DNA of 64,000 bases from Candidatus Limnocylindrus sp. ZSMar2m-chloro-G89 (lineage in GTDB: Bacteria > Chloroflexota > Limnocylindria > Limnocylindrales > Limnocylindraceae): positions 841-64,840 of the forward strand of contig QWRJ01000003.1 in the NCBI GenBank assembly GCA_003670475.1, in the 5' to 3' direction. Numbering within the stretch: position 1 is the first letter of the stretch; each line of letters begins with the position of its first letter. This document shows, piece after piece, positions 42,014 through 52,914 of the stretch. A program made the position numbers and the translations under genes. Under the pieces are notes generated by a model. The model was given only the letters and a program-made list of their open reading frames with translations, did not search any database and was not told the DNA's origin.

Positions 42014-45000
42014 GCGGATCGCGCGTGGCGCTCGCCGCGCTGCTCGCGCGCCTCTCTGGGAGCGAATCGTTCGCAGATCTTCAGCGCACGCTTGGTAAGA
42101 AGCGCGCCGCATCGCTGATTCACCTTCCACATCCGGCAAAGGCGGCGCTCGTTGCCGCACTCGCTGCAGATCAGCGTGTGGTCTGGATTGCGCGTGACCC
42201 AGAGGTTGCGGAGCGCGTCGCTGACACGCTGCGCGCTTGGGTCAGCGATCCTGAGAGCATCACCCTCCTTGAGCCGCGCAGCGCACTCCCGTATGAGCGT
42301 GGTGAGTTGGTGGTTGATGAGTCGGCCGGCCGCGTGGCGGCGCTCGCCGCATGGAGTGGCTCTCTGTCGCGCATCCTCGTCACGTCACTGATCGCCGCAC
42401 TGCAGAACAGCATTGATCCAGCCAGCCTCAGTGAAGGCTCGCTGCTGATGCAGCCTGGCGCGCGCATGTCGCTTGACGATGCAACGCACCGTGTGGCGGC
42501 ACTCGGCTACGAGCGCGTCCCGCTTGTTGGTGGACGCGGCGAGTTTGCGCGGCGCGGCGGCATCCTGGATCTCTTCCCCGCAGGTTCGAGCGAGCCACTA
42601 CGTGTGGAGTGGTTCGGCGATGAGATCGAGAGCATTCGTGCCATTGATCCCGCAACACAGCGGAGCGGCGCGACGCTCCCACGCGCGCACCTCCTCCCCG
42701 CGAGCGAGTTTCCGCTCGGCGCGGCACGAGTCGCCGCCGCGCGCGCAGCAGCCGAAAAGATTGCCGCAAAAGATGGTGTGGAGCTTGCGCCAGGACTGCT
42801 CGCCGATCTCGCCCGCTGGGAGTCAGCCGATCAACCGGATCGCGGTGATGGGCTAGAGATCTGGGCGCCACTCATTGCACCAACGCGACCGATCGACGCA
42901 TTTGGCGATGCGCTCGTAATCCTTGATGAACCGAGCGAACTCGTCACCACTGCAGAGTCGCTGGCACGCCAGAGCGCTGAACGATTCGATGTCTTGCGCA
43001 CCACGCGCATTCTGCCGCCGTCATGGCCGGCGCCAATCCCACCGCCAGCGATCAGCATTGCGGCACTCACGTCTAGTGGAACTGCGCGACTCGAACTCAC
43101 CTGGAGTTCTGAGGCGGGGCGCATGACCAAGAGCACGCCGAGCGATCCCTTCTCCTGGCACGATCCACTGGTTCCCGCTGGCCGCACGCGTGCCTTGGGC
43201 GAGGCGGTAGAGGGGTGGCAACGCGACGGCGCGCGCGTGGTGATCGTCTCGGAGCAGGCGTCGCGACTCGCCGAACTGCTCGCTGAGGCTGGTGTTGCAA
43301 CACCAGTGAGTGAGTCGATCCCACGCGATCCGAAACCGGGAAGCATCACGCTCCTGCACGGCGGACTCGACGGCGGCTTCCAGGGTGGCGTGGATGCGCT
43401 GACGGTGATTACCGATCGCGAACTCTTCGGCGCAACGCGTGTCCGCCGCGTGGCGGTGCACCGCCGCGGGATCACGCGTGAGGCGGCGGAGCGGCTGACG
43501 CCAGGCGACCTACTGGTGCATATCGATCACGGCCTCGGACGATTCCTGCGTATGGTGCGCCGTGGCGGTGAGGGTGATGAACGCGACTACCTAGAGATTG
43601 AGTACGGCGGCGGGGATCGCGTCTTCGTTCCAACCGAACAGCTCGGCAGGATTGCGCGCTACACCGGCGCAGAGGATCCGGCGCTCAGTCGACTCGGCGG
43701 CGGCGAGTGGCGACGCGCGAAGGATCGCGCCAAGAGCGCAGCGGACGATCTTGCCGATGAGTTGCTGCGCATCTATGCGGCGCGCGAACTTGCGCACCGT
43801 CCGCCGATCCAGAGCGACTCACCGTGGCTGATCGAATTTGAGGCGGCCTTCCCCTTCCGCGAGACGCCAGATCAGCTCGCTGCAATTGAGGCGACCAAGG
43901 GCGACCTTGCGCGCGCACGGCCGATGGATCGCGTCATTGTGGGCGACGTTGGCTACGGGAAGACCGAGGTGGCGCTGCGCGCCGCCTTCGCCGCGCTAGA
44001 GGCTGGTCGCCAGGTGGCGCTCCTCGTCCCCACCACCATCTTGGCGCTGCAGCACATTGAAACCTTCCGTCGCCGTCTTGCGGCGTATCCATTCCGACTC
44101 GAACTCCTCTCGCGCAGCATCTCGTCGGCAAAGCAGGCCGAGGTGGTGGTGGGCCTTAATGATGGGAGCGTGGACCTTGTCGTTGCCACGCATCGACTTC
44201 TATCAAAGGACGTCTCGTTCAGCCGACTCGGACTGCTCGTCGTTGACGAAGAGCATCGCTTCGGCGTTGCGGCAAAGGAGCGGCTGAAGTCAATCCGTGC
44301 CGAGCTCGACGTGATGACGCTCACCGCCACGCCGATCCCGCGCACGCTGAATCTCGCCCTCTCCGGCATTCGTGACCTCTCCACGATTGAGACACCACCA
44401 GAGGACCGCCACCCTGTGGCGACGCGCGTTGCCGAGGCGAGTCTTGAACTGGTGCGCGATGCGCTCGCGCGAGAGCTGGAGCGCGGCGGTCAGTCGTACT
44501 ACGTCCACAATCGTGTGGAGTCAATTGAGGCGGCCGCCGAGCAGCTGCGCGGACTCTTGCCTGATGCGCGCATCGTCGTAGGGCACGGCCAGATGGAGGA
44601 CCGCAAGCTCGAGCGCGTGATGGGCGAGTTCGTGCGCGGCGAGGTGGACATTCTTGTCTGCACCACCATCATTGAATCTGGCCTCGACATTCCGAATGCC
44701 AATACGATCGTTGTTGACCGCGCCGATAAGCTCGGCCTGGCGCAGCTCTATCAGCTGCGCGGCCGCGTTGGGCGAAGCAGTCGTCGTGCCTGGTGCTACC
44801 TCCTCTATCGTCAAGAGGATGCGCTGAGCGAGATTGCACGGAAGCGACTGAAGGCGATCTTTGACGCGGCACACCTTGGCGCGGGCTTCCAGTTGGCGCT
44901 CGCGGACCTTGAGATTCGCGGTGCTGGCGATCTGCTCGGTGGCGAACAGTCAGGGCACATTGCGGCGGTCGGGTTCGATCTCTACTCGCAACTCCTCGCC

Positions 45001-45531
45001 GAATCGGTTGAGGTGAAGCGCGCCGAGCGCGAAGGTCGCCCAGCGGTGCGCAAGCGCAGTACGGCGATCCTCGACCTTCCAGTCACGGCGCACCTGCCGA
45101 ACAGCTATGTGGAGGATGAGGGGCAGCGACTCGATCTCTATCGCCGACTCGGCGCGGCGCAGAGTGAGAAGTCAATCGTGTCTATCGCAGACGAGATGCG
45201 CGATCGATTCGGAGAGGCGCCAGCGCCAGCGCAGCGACTCATTGAGGTGGCGCAACTTCGCGCCGACGCGAGCGATGCGGGGATTGCGTCAATCGTGCGC
45301 GATGAGGGTCGCTTGGTGATTCGATTCGGCGACCTGCCACGTGGCGTTGCGGAGCGCGTCCTCGCCGATCGACCACGGGGGGAGCTCAGCTTCCAGCAGG
45401 GGGGACTCCGCTCTGCCGCCGCAGCGAGCCCAGAGCGCATCTGGCGCCTCGCGGTGGAGATCGTGGGGGCGCTCGCCGTGGAGGCACGGCGACTGGAGGC
45501 GGCCGCCACGTCCGCCGCCCCTCTCGCGTAA
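42010..45531 (+). CDS. mfd: Transcription-repair coupling factor
   Basis: 1173 aa with an RNAP-interacting/CarD-like region ([14 protein letters not shown]). Superfamily 2 helicase motifs are present ([23 protein letters not shown]). Confidence 0.97.
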   Translation: MSGSRVALAALLARLSGSESFADLQRTLGKKRAASLIHLPHPAKAALVAALAADQRVVWIARDPEVAERVADTLRAWVSDPESITLLEPRSALPYERGELVVDESAGRVAALAAWSGSLSRILVTSLIAALQNSIDPASLSEGSLLMQPGARMSLDDATHRVAALGYERVPLVGGRGEFARRGGILDLFPAGSSEPLRVEWFGDEIESIRAIDPATQRSGATLPRAHLLPASEFPLGAARVAAARAAAEKIAAKDGVELAPGLLADLARWESADQPDRGDGLEIWAPLIAPTRPIDAFGDALVILDEPSELVTTAESLARQSAERFDVLRTTRILPPSWPAPIPPPAISIAALTSSGTARLELTWSSEAGRMTKSTPSDPFSWHDPLVPAGRTRALGEAVEGWQRDGARVVIVSEQASRLAELLAEAGVATPVSESIPRDPKPGSITLLHGGLDGGFQGGVDALTVITDRELFGATRVRRVAVHRRGITREAAERLTPGDLLVHIDHGLGRFLRMVRRGGEGDERDYLEIEYGGGDRVFVPTEQLGRIARYTGAEDPALSRLGGGEWRRAKDRAKSAADDLADELLRIYAARELAHRPPIQSDSPWLIEFEAAFPFRETPDQLAAIEATKGDLARARPMDRVIVGDVGYGKTEVALRAAFAALEAGRQVALLVPTTILALQHIETFRRRLAAYPFRLELLSRSISSAKQAEVVVGLNDGSVDLVVATHRLLSKDVSFSRLGLLVVDEEHRFGVAAKERLKSIRAELDVMTLTATPIPRTLNLALSGIRDLSTIETPPEDRHPVATRVAEASLELVRDALARELERGGQSYYVHNRVESIEAAAEQLRGLLPDARIVVGHGQMEDRKLERVMGEFVRGEVDILVCTTIIESGLDIPNANTIVVDRADKLGLAQLYQLRGRVGRSSRRAWCYLLYRQEDALSEIARKRLKAIFDAAHLGAGFQLALADLEIRGAGDLLGGEQSGHIAAVGFDLYSQLLAESVEVKRAEREGRPAVRKRSTAILDLPVTAHLPNSYVEDEGQRLDLYRRLGAAQSEKSIVSIADEMRDRFGEAPAPAQRLIEVAQLRADASDAGIASIVRDEGRLVIRFGDLPRGVAERVLADRPRGELSFQQGGLRSAAAASPERIWRLAVEIVGALAVEARRLEAAATSAAPLA

Positions 45532-45541
45532 ACTTCCGCAC

Positions 45542-46063
45542 GTGAACCCAGAACAGCTTGCCTCCAAGGTCCGAACGATCCCTGACTTCCCAAAGCCAGG
45601 GATTGTCTTCCGTGACATCACCACCCTGCTGCAAGACGGCGAGGCGTTCAGTGCCGCGATCGAGGCGATGATGGCGCCGATCCGCGCGCAGAAGCCTGAC
45701 GTCATTGTGGGGATTGAATCCCGCGGCTTCATCTTTGGTGCGCCGATTGCGCATGCGCTCGGTATTGGCTTTGTTCCAGTGCGCAAGCTCGGCAAACTTC
45801 CTGGTGAAACGATCACCGTGGAGTACGAACTTGAATACGGGAAGAACGTCCTTGAGCTTCACCGCGACGCACTAACCCCTGGCCAGCGCGTGGTGATCGT
45901 TGACGACGTGCTCGCCACTGGCGGCACCGTTGCTGGCACCATCCGACTCGTTGAACAGCTCGGTGCGCAGGTGGTTGGGATCAGCTTCCTCGCCGAACTC
46001 CCCGCGCTCGGCGGTCGCGCCCGTCTCCCTGACGGGATCGTCTCCGCGATCATCCCCTTCTAA
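45542..46063 (+). CDS. apt: Adenine phosphoribosyltransferase
   Basis: [15 protein letters not shown] motif and PRPP motif [13 protein letters not shown]. Start is GTG 45542; the track extension to 45341 overlaps mfd. Confidence 0.92.
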   Translation: MNPEQLASKVRTIPDFPKPGIVFRDITTLLQDGEAFSAAIEAMMAPIRAQKPDVIVGIESRGFIFGAPIAHALGIGFVPVRKLGKLPGETITVEYELEYGKNVLELHRDALTPGQRVVIVDDVLATGGTVAGTIRLVEQLGAQVVGISFLAELPALGGRARLPDGIVSAIIPF

Positions 46064-46069
46064 CTGACG

Positions 46070-47323
46070 ATGGGCGACACGCCCGAGAAGGAGCAGACCA
46101 CTTCAGGACAGCCCGCAGACCGCCGCGACTTCCTGCGCCAGATCGCAAAGGATGGTGTGAAGTCTGCGAGCTCGCTGCTTGGCGTTGTTGGCGCCATTCG
46201 TCGCGAGGCGGGGGAGCTCGCCGATGATCTGCGGATTGAGGATCCACTCGCCGATCTCGTTGATGACGCGCCGCAGCCGCAGCGACGCGCGGCGGAGGCG
46301 GCGCTCGGCCTTCCGCTCGACGCAGGACTTGTGCCGCTCAACGAGGAGACTCCCGCCGCAGCATTCGCCTCACCGGTCCGTGATGATGCGAAGGGTCTAA
46401 TCCTGCTTGACGTTCGCGCTCTCCCTACGCAGATCCTTGAGCGCCGTGCCGATACGCCAGGAGCGCTCGCCGCCGCACTCGCCGCATGCGTAATGGCGCC
46501 GGGTCCGATCCGCGCACTCGCCGCAGGCCTCTCGCTCGCCGCTGAAGATGTGAGCGACGCACCAGCACGTCCAGCGCGTATCCAGGCTGCGGGCGCCGCG
46601 CTGCGCAACGCCGCACCGCTCTCCGACGCACTGCGCGACGAGGTGAGTACACTCCTCGCCGCCGCACCTGGCTCACTCGGTCAACTGGTTGCGGCGCACG
46701 CTACGGCACAGATCGTTGCGCGCGCCGCGCAGGCGGAGCACATCGCGGCGGCACTTGCGCGATGCAACAGTAAGGGTGCAACGATTGCCACGGGGCCGGG
46801 ACTTGGCGCAACCTTCTGGGGGGACAACGCCCCAGGACATGAAGGGCTGCGACGCGCCGGCGTTGCACGCCTCCTGATCGCTGAAGGTCCGAGCGTTGAC
46901 CCGCGCGGCGTAACGCGACTCGGTGGACTCGATGCTGCGGACGCGGTGCGTATCAACCTTCCAGCAGAACTGATGAGCGAGGCACAGCTCATACTTGCGA
47001 TCGCGCGAGGCGAGGCGTGTGCACTGCTGCTCGCGAGCGACGCGGTTGCTGCAGATGGAAGTGCGGTGCTGCTTGCTGGTGGCGTGGCGCTCGCCGCCGC
47101 CGCCGCGGCGCGCAAGATTCCGATCCTGCTCGTTGCAACAAGCAGCAGCGCAGCAGTATCAAAGGACGCAGAGGCACTTGCGCGCAGGATCACCGAAGCG
47201 GACGAAACCGAACTGCACGCCGCCGCTGGTGGGAGCGTTGCGGCACGTAGCGTTGCTGCGGGGGTGACGGTGCGCGCGCCGCGCTACGAGATCCTCGCCG
47301 CGGGCGTTGCAGAGCGCATCTAA
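46070..47323 (+). CDS. Degenerate eIF-2B/MtnA-like family protein with a Tat-like N-terminal motif
   Basis: By eye it aligns to the MtnA/eIF-2B fold (GLILLDVRALP..., ASDAVAADGS, IPILLVATSS, APRYEILAAG). The N-terminus contains DRRDFLRQ. Confidence 0.6.
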   Translation: MGDTPEKEQTTSGQPADRRDFLRQIAKDGVKSASSLLGVVGAIRREAGELADDLRIEDPLADLVDDAPQPQRRAAEAALGLPLDAGLVPLNEETPAAAFASPVRDDAKGLILLDVRALPTQILERRADTPGALAAALAACVMAPGPIRALAAGLSLAAEDVSDAPARPARIQAAGAALRNAAPLSDALRDEVSTLLAAAPGSLGQLVAAHATAQIVARAAQAEHIAAALARCNSKGATIATGPGLGATFWGDNAPGHEGLRRAGVARLLIAEGPSVDPRGVTRLGGLDAADAVRINLPAELMSEAQLILAIARGEACALLLASDAVAADGSAVLLAGGVALAAAAAARKIPILLVATSSSAAVSKDAEALARRITEADETELHAAAGGSVAARSVAAGVTVRAPRYEILAAGVAERI

Positions 47324-47330
47324 GAGCGCC

Positions 47331-48170
47331 ATGGCCGAGCTGCCGATCGAAGTTGCGGCGACGCGAGATCGTGAGCTGGTCCGCTCGCTCATTAGTGGTG
47401 ATCGCTGGATCACCGCGCACGCACTCTGTGACCTTGATGACGGTGAGTTTCCGCGCACGCGCTGCTACGTGGCGCGTCGTGGGAGTGAACATATCGCCCT
47501 CGGCATGGAGTACTCCGGCTGGGCGCCACAGCCGCTCCACCTCTACGGCGAACCCGCCGGCGTTGCGGCGATCCTGATGCACGGCATCAAGCCGCGCGCC
47601 GCATGGGTCCCCACGCCGATCGGCGGCGACCCAATTCTCGACCTTCAGTATGAGACGGAGAAGATCAACCCGATGCTGCGCATGGGCGTTGATCGTGCAG
47701 CGTTCACCCCGTATGTTGGCGAGGCGGTGGCACTCGTTGCGCCGCTCGTCCCCGCCGATGCGCCGTCACTGAATCGTCTCTATCAGCTCGGCTTTGCCGC
47801 ATGGCTCCCGCCACTCGCCGTGGCGGAGGGACTCTATCGCGGCATTCATCGCAACGGCCGACTCGTAGCGGCGGCGGGGACGCACGTGATCGGTCGTCGT
47901 GAGCGCATTGCAGTGGTGGGGAACGTCCTCACCGCATCCGGATTCCGCGGCGCTGGCTACGCGCGCGCCACCACCTCAGCGGTGACGGCGGGGCTGCTCG
48001 AGTTCTGCGACGAGGTGGTGCTCAACGTGCGCAGTGACAACAGCGCGGCGATCCACGCCTATGCGGCGCTCGGCTATAGCGTGAAGGCGGAGTTCGAAGA
48101 GCGACTCGTGATCCGTCGCAGCAGCATCTCCATGCCGCGCTTCCTGCGTCGCATCTTCGGCAGCGCCTAG
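47331..48170 (+). CDS. GNAT-family N-acetyltransferase
   Basis: The C-terminal acetyl-CoA pocket pattern VGNVLTASGFRGAGYARATTSAV...NSAAIHAYAALGY is present. Confidence 0.75.
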   Translation: MAELPIEVAATRDRELVRSLISGDRWITAHALCDLDDGEFPRTRCYVARRGSEHIALGMEYSGWAPQPLHLYGEPAGVAAILMHGIKPRAAWVPTPIGGDPILDLQYETEKINPMLRMGVDRAAFTPYVGEAVALVAPLVPADAPSLNRLYQLGFAAWLPPLAVAEGLYRGIHRNGRLVAAAGTHVIGRRERIAVVGNVLTASGFRGAGYARATTSAVTAGLLEFCDEVVLNVRSDNSAAIHAYAALGYSVKAEFEERLVIRRSSISMPRFLRRIFGSA

Positions 48171-48232
48171 CTCTACGACCGCCTAGCCGCGGCTCGGCCC
48201 GCCCTCTACGATGCCCACATGAGAAGCAGCGA

Positions 48233-49198
48233 ATGAGCACGCGACCGTACGCGGTGATCCTGGCGGGCGGGGGAGGGACGCGCCTCTGGCCGCTCAGCAG
48301 CCCCGAGCGCCCGAAGCCCTTCATCCCACTCGTTGGCGGGAAGACGCTCCTCGCCGCCACCGTTGATCGACTCCTGCCGCTCATCCCACTCGAAGATATC
48401 TACGTGGTGGTTGCCGCATCGCAGCTGGCGCTGGTGCGCGAATCACTCCCATCGCTGGAGCAGAGCCACATCATCACCGAGCCGATCGGCCGCAATACTG
48501 GTCCCGCCGTTGCACTCGCCGCGGAGCGCATCGATCGTTCCGACGGCGCGGTGATGCTCGTCCTACCCGCCGATCACGCAGTGCTCCAGCCGGACGCCTG
48601 GCGCAGCGCGCTTGCCGCGGCGATCGCGCTTGCCCAGAGCGAGCCGACTGCACTGGTCACCCTCGGCGTCACACCAACGCATCCATCAATAGGATTCGGC
48701 TACATCGTGGCGGAGGGGGAGCGCGTGACGCGATTCACCGAGAAGCCCGACGTCGCAACGGCGCAGCAGCTGATCAGCGGCGGCGCGCGCTGGAACGCTG
48801 GAACATTTATTTGGCGCCGTGCAGCGCTTCGTAGCGCGCTGCAGACGTTTGCCGCCATAACACTCGCTGGGATCGCAGATTATGGAACGATCACGCCAGT
48901 TCCGATTGACACGCTGCTGATGGAGCCTGCCGCCGCGGCGGGGCTGGTTCGGACGCTCGCCCTGGAGTGCGGCTGGAGCGACATTGGTAACTGGAAGGCG
49001 CTGCGCGCACACCTCACCGCGAGTGGCGAGGCGGATGCGAACGGCGCGATCAGCATCACCACGCCGAGTGGGAAAGTGGTCATGATTGATGCCACGGGTG
49101 CGGCGCAGATCCGCACTGGGTCCACGGTGATCCGCATGAACCTTGAGTCGATGAGCGATACAGAGATTCGCGCCGCCGCTGCGGCCGAGAGGAGTTGA
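48233..49198 (+). CDS. Sugar-phosphate nucleotidyltransferase (mannose-1-phosphate guanylyltransferase-like)
   Basis: AVILAGGGGTRLWPLS signature. 321 aa with no cupin/isomerase domain. Confidence 0.8.
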   Translation: MSTRPYAVILAGGGGTRLWPLSSPERPKPFIPLVGGKTLLAATVDRLLPLIPLEDIYVVVAASQLALVRESLPSLEQSHIITEPIGRNTGPAVALAAERIDRSDGAVMLVLPADHAVLQPDAWRSALAAAIALAQSEPTALVTLGVTPTHPSIGFGYIVAEGERVTRFTEKPDVATAQQLISGGARWNAGTFIWRRAALRSALQTFAAITLAGIADYGTITPVPIDTLLMEPAAAAGLVRTLALECGWSDIGNWKALRAHLTASGEADANGAISITTPSGKVVMIDATGAAQIRTGSTVIRMNLESMSDTEIRAAAAAERS

Positions 49199-49200
49199 TC

Positions 49201-50664
49201 ATGGGCACAGGCGAGCCAACGAAGATCCTCTTCGGCACCGATGGCTGGCGCGCAAAGATCGGCGACGAGTTCACCTTTGAAAACGTTCGGCGCCTTGCAG
49301 AGGGTGTAGCACGCGTGGTTGAGCAGGATGGTGCAACGGCGAAGGGCGTGGTGATCGCCTATGACCGCCGCTTCGGCTCTGAAGACTTTGCGGTGACCGC
49401 CGCTGAGATGCTGCTCGCCCACAACATCCCTGTCGCCTATTCGGCCACCGCCGTCCCAACACAGATGGCGTCGTATGAAGTGGTGGAGCGCGGCGCAGCG
49501 ATGGGCGTGGTCATCACCGCAAGCCACAACCCGTGGATGGATAATGGCTTCAAGGTGAAGGCCCCTTCAGGTGCCGCCGCAGGGCCAGAACTGCTGAAGC
49601 GCATTGAGACGGAGATCGCCAAGACGAGCGGACCAGAGCTGAGCGGCCGACCGTTCGCGGACGCTGAGGCGGCGGGCTTGGTGGAACGCTACGACCCGTA
49701 TCCTGGCTACAAGAAGTTTGTTGAGCGCAACCTTGACCTTGCGCAACTCGCCGCACAACCGCTCAGCATCATGGTCGACCCGGTCTACGGCGCGGGCGCC
49801 GGCTGGATCGGCAGGCTGCTCGCCGGTGGGAAGTTGCGCGTCACGGAGATGCGCAGCGAGCGGAATCCGTGGTTCGGTGGCGTAAATCCAGAACCGATTC
49901 GTCCGCATATTGATCCAGTCTTGGATGCAATGCGTGGTGGCGGTTACGACCTTGGCCTCCTGCTTGATGGCGACGCGGATCGCGCGGGCGCCGTCACCGA
50001 GAAGGGAGAGTTCATTCATCAGCTGCAGGCGTTCGGACTCCTCGCGTATTACATGCTCGAACATAAGAAGGACCTGCGACCGATCGTGAAGACGGTGAAC
50101 GAGAGCTCCATGGGGGAGCGACTCGGCGCGCACTATGGCGTGGAGGTCTTCGAGACGCCGGTCGGCTTCAAGTACGTGGGGCCGAAGATGATTGAGACGG
50201 GCGCCTCAATGGGTGGCGAGGAGTCGGGGGGCTACGGCTTCGCAATGCACCTCCCCGAGCGCGACGGCATCTTCGCCGACCTGCTCCTCCTCGACCTTCT
50301 CGTCCGTGAGCGCGCCGTCGGCCGCAAGAGCATGAGCGAGGTGCTCGCCCACGTGCAGTCGATCGGCGGCGAGTCGCACTACCTGCGCATCGACGTACAC
50401 ATCCCACGCGCCGAATACCCCGCGGTGAAGGAGCGACTCGCGACGCAGCTTGTGGCCGCGCCACCGAGCACACTCGGTTCACACAGCGTGCGCGCCGTCC
50501 CGCTCACCACCAAGGACGGCGTGAAGTTCTTCACCTCAGACGAGAGCTGGCTCCTGGTGCGCTTCAGTGGCACCGAGCCACTCGTGCGCGTCTACGCCGA
50601 AGCGACCAGCGCCGCACTGCGCGACGAGCTCCTCACGATTGGCGAGAAGCTCGCGCGCGGTTAG
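49201..50664 (+). CDS. Phosphomannomutase / phosphoglucomutase
   Basis: FGTDGWR start, active-site motif TASHNP and metal loop DGDADR. ATG 49201 lies 6 nt after GAGAGGAG. Confidence 0.9.
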   Translation: MGTGEPTKILFGTDGWRAKIGDEFTFENVRRLAEGVARVVEQDGATAKGVVIAYDRRFGSEDFAVTAAEMLLAHNIPVAYSATAVPTQMASYEVVERGAAMGVVITASHNPWMDNGFKVKAPSGAAAGPELLKRIETEIAKTSGPELSGRPFADAEAAGLVERYDPYPGYKKFVERNLDLAQLAAQPLSIMVDPVYGAGAGWIGRLLAGGKLRVTEMRSERNPWFGGVNPEPIRPHIDPVLDAMRGGGYDLGLLLDGDADRAGAVTEKGEFIHQLQAFGLLAYYMLEHKKDLRPIVKTVNESSMGERLGAHYGVEVFETPVGFKYVGPKMIETGASMGGEESGGYGFAMHLPERDGIFADLLLLDLLVRERAVGRKSMSEVLAHVQSIGGESHYLRIDVHIPRAEYPAVKERLATQLVAAPPSTLGSHSVRAVPLTTKDGVKFFTSDESWLLVRFSGTEPLVRVYAEATSAALRDELLTIGEKLARG

Positions 50665-50774
50665 CGCGCCCAGTCCCAGCCGAGCAGCACAAGGCTCCCC
50701 GCAGCAAGGTGTAGCTCAGACGGCGTGTAGCGCCCTCGTATCGCCAGGAGCGCACTTGACGCGCGGCTGCTAGG

Positions 50775-50915
50775 ATCTCGCAATCAACGCCGCGTGGACG
50801 CGAAGCTGGTGAGATTCCAGCACTGTCCCGCAACGGTTATTGGGAGCGGCTCCTCTGGCGCGGCTCACATAAGTCCGGTCGCCGGACACGCGGCATAGGA
50901 AGGCTATTCGCCCTC
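50775..50915 (+). promoter_or_regulatory. Cobalamin (B12) riboswitch
   Basis: The core GAAGCTGGTGAGATTCCAGCACTGTCCCGCAACGGTTA matches the conserved GGTGnnAAnnCC...CCCGCnACnGT region. It lies directly upstream of BtuF-like transporter genes. Boundaries are approximate. Confidence 0.7.
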
Positions 50916-50932
50916 GAGGCAAGGGAGGAAGC

Positions 50933-51904
50933 ATGACTGCTTTCGTACGCTCGCATCTTTTCGCTACTGGAGTTCTCCTGGCGGTTCTAGTTATTGGCTG
51001 CGGCGGCTCCGCAGCGAGTCCCACGACAAGTGGCACGGAGAGCCCAGGGAACAACCCCCCAACAAGTGAGGCGCTCTTTCCGCGTACCCTGATTGATGAC
51101 GTGGGCGACAGCGTCACGATCAGTGCCGAACCGCAGAAGATCGTTGCGCTCACGCCAGCGAGCCTTGAGACGCTCGCAGCGCTCGGCCTCGCCGATCGCG
51201 TCGTGGCCGTGGCGGAGTGCACCTGCACACCTGATGCGCTGAAGAGCATTCCAACGGTTGCCAACTATTCAGGGGTTGATGTTGAGGCGATCGTGGCGCT
51301 GGAGCCAGATCTCGTCTTCGTTGCCGCTCCGCCGTTTACGCCAGAGGATGCGATCAGCGCACTGCGCGCGGCGAACCTGACCATCGTGACGCTGAACCCC
51401 ACCTCAATCATTGGCGTGATGCAGACAATTCAGCTGATCGGTGACGCGGCGGGCGCCACCCTCCCAGCTGCAGATCTGGTGGCGAGCATTGAGGGTGAGA
51501 TCACGGCGCTCGTGAGCCTCGTTGATGTATCTGTGAGTCCAAGCGTCTTCTATGAGATTGACGCCACGTCAGCAATCTATGGCCTTGCGCCGGACGATTA
51601 CGCGGCGGAGTTGATCACGCTCGCTGGCGGCACGCCAGTCACGAGCGGAAGCCCTGGCGTCTATGAGATCTCGCTCGAGGCGCTGATCGCCGCCGCGCCA
51701 GAGGTGATCCTGCTCGGCGATGCGGCGTATGGCGTCACGCCAGAGGCGGTGGCGGCACGACCCGGTTGGTCGAGCATCCCTGCGGTGAAGAGCGGAGCGA
51801 TCCGTGGCGTTGATGGCGATCTGATCACCATTCCAGGACCACGACTTGCGAGCGCACTCGCGGCGTTGATTCAGGCGATCAACCCAGCGATCACGCTGCC
51901 GTGA
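50933..51904 (+). CDS. ABC transporter periplasmic-type binding lipoprotein (BtuF/siderophore class)
   Basis: Lipobox LVIGC-GG, and a KIVALTPASLETLAALGLADRVVAV pattern typical of cluster A-2 binding proteins. Confidence 0.85.
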   Translation: MTAFVRSHLFATGVLLAVLVIGCGGSAASPTTSGTESPGNNPPTSEALFPRTLIDDVGDSVTISAEPQKIVALTPASLETLAALGLADRVVAVAECTCTPDALKSIPTVANYSGVDVEAIVALEPDLVFVAAPPFTPEDAISALRAANLTIVTLNPTSIIGVMQTIQLIGDAAGATLPAADLVASIEGEITALVSLVDVSVSPSVFYEIDATSAIYGLAPDDYAAELITLAGGTPVTSGSPGVYEISLEALIAAAPEVILLGDAAYGVTPEAVAARPGWSSIPAVKSGAIRGVDGDLITIPGPRLASALAALIQAINPAITLP

Positions 51905-52914
51905 CCTCTCCGCGACTACTCGTTGGCGGCGCACTGCTGCTGAGTGGAGTTGCGGTTCTAGCGATCGGGTTTGGCTCGGTTGCGATCGCGCCAGGCGATG
52001 TGGTCAGCATCCTTGCGCGCCAGCTGTTTGGCGTTGGTGAGGCGGCACAAGGTGCTGGGGCAACCTCCATCGTCATGGAGCTGCGACTCCCGCGCATCCT
52101 TGCGGCGATCCTGGTCGGTGCAGCGCTCGCGGTTGCGGGGGGCGCCTTTCAGTCACTGCTGCGCAACCCACTTGCTGATCCATACGTGCTTGGAACAAGC
52201 AGCGGCGCCGCACTCGGTGCGGCAATTGCGATCCTGCTGCCGATCGGTGGTGTGGCGTGGGAGTTGGGCGGCGTGCAACTCGCCGCGTTTATCGGCGCAC
52301 TCGCATCTGTTGGGCTCGTCTGGCGCGTTGCGGGGATCGGCTCCGGTGAGGAGCGGATCGCGAGCGTGCTCTTGGTCGGTTACGCCGTTGCCTCACTTCT
52401 TGCTGCGGCGCTTTCGTTAGTGATGCTCGCGAGTGGTGCGAACCTGCGCGCGATCTTCTCCTTCCTGCTCGGTGGTTTGGATGGTGCAACTTGGCCACGC
52501 CTCGCCGCTGCGGCACTTCCACTGATTGCCGCCACCACACTCCTTGCACTGCGCGGTCGCGCGCTCGCTGGATTCTTGCTTGGTGACGAAGCGGCGCAGC
52601 ACCTCGGCGTGGATGTGCGACGCGAGCGCAGGATCGCCGTCGCTCTCGCCTCACTGGCAACAGCCGCCGCGGTGGCGCTCGCTGGACTGGTCGGCTTCGT
52701 TGGACTCGTGGTGCCGCACCTTGTGCGTCTCGCCGTTGGCCCCGACCCCCGCGCCGTCCTCCCACTCTCCGCCATCGGCGGCGCACTCTTGCTCTTACTT
52801 GCTGACACGATCGCGCGCAGCATCGCCGTCCCTGTAGGCGTCATCACCGCACTGATCGGCGCACCATTCTTGCTCTGGCTACTGCACCGTGCGCGCACCG
52901 GGTACGCGCTGTGA
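51901..52914 (+). CDS. FecCD/BtuC-family ABC permease
   Basis: 337 aa with the RLPRILAAILVGAALAVAGGAFQSLLRNPLADPYVLG signature. Confidence 0.9.
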   Translation: MTSPRLLVGGALLLSGVAVLAIGFGSVAIAPGDVVSILARQLFGVGEAAQGAGATSIVMELRLPRILAAILVGAALAVAGGAFQSLLRNPLADPYVLGTSSGAALGAAIAILLPIGGVAWELGGVQLAAFIGALASVGLVWRVAGIGSGEERIASVLLVGYAVASLLAAALSLVMLASGANLRAIFSFLLGGLDGATWPRLAAAALPLIAATTLLALRGRALAGFLLGDEAAQHLGVDVRRERRIAVALASLATAAAVALAGLVGFVGLVVPHLVRLAVGPDPRAVLPLSAIGGALLLLLADTIARSIAVPVGVITALIGAPFLLWLLHRARTGYAL

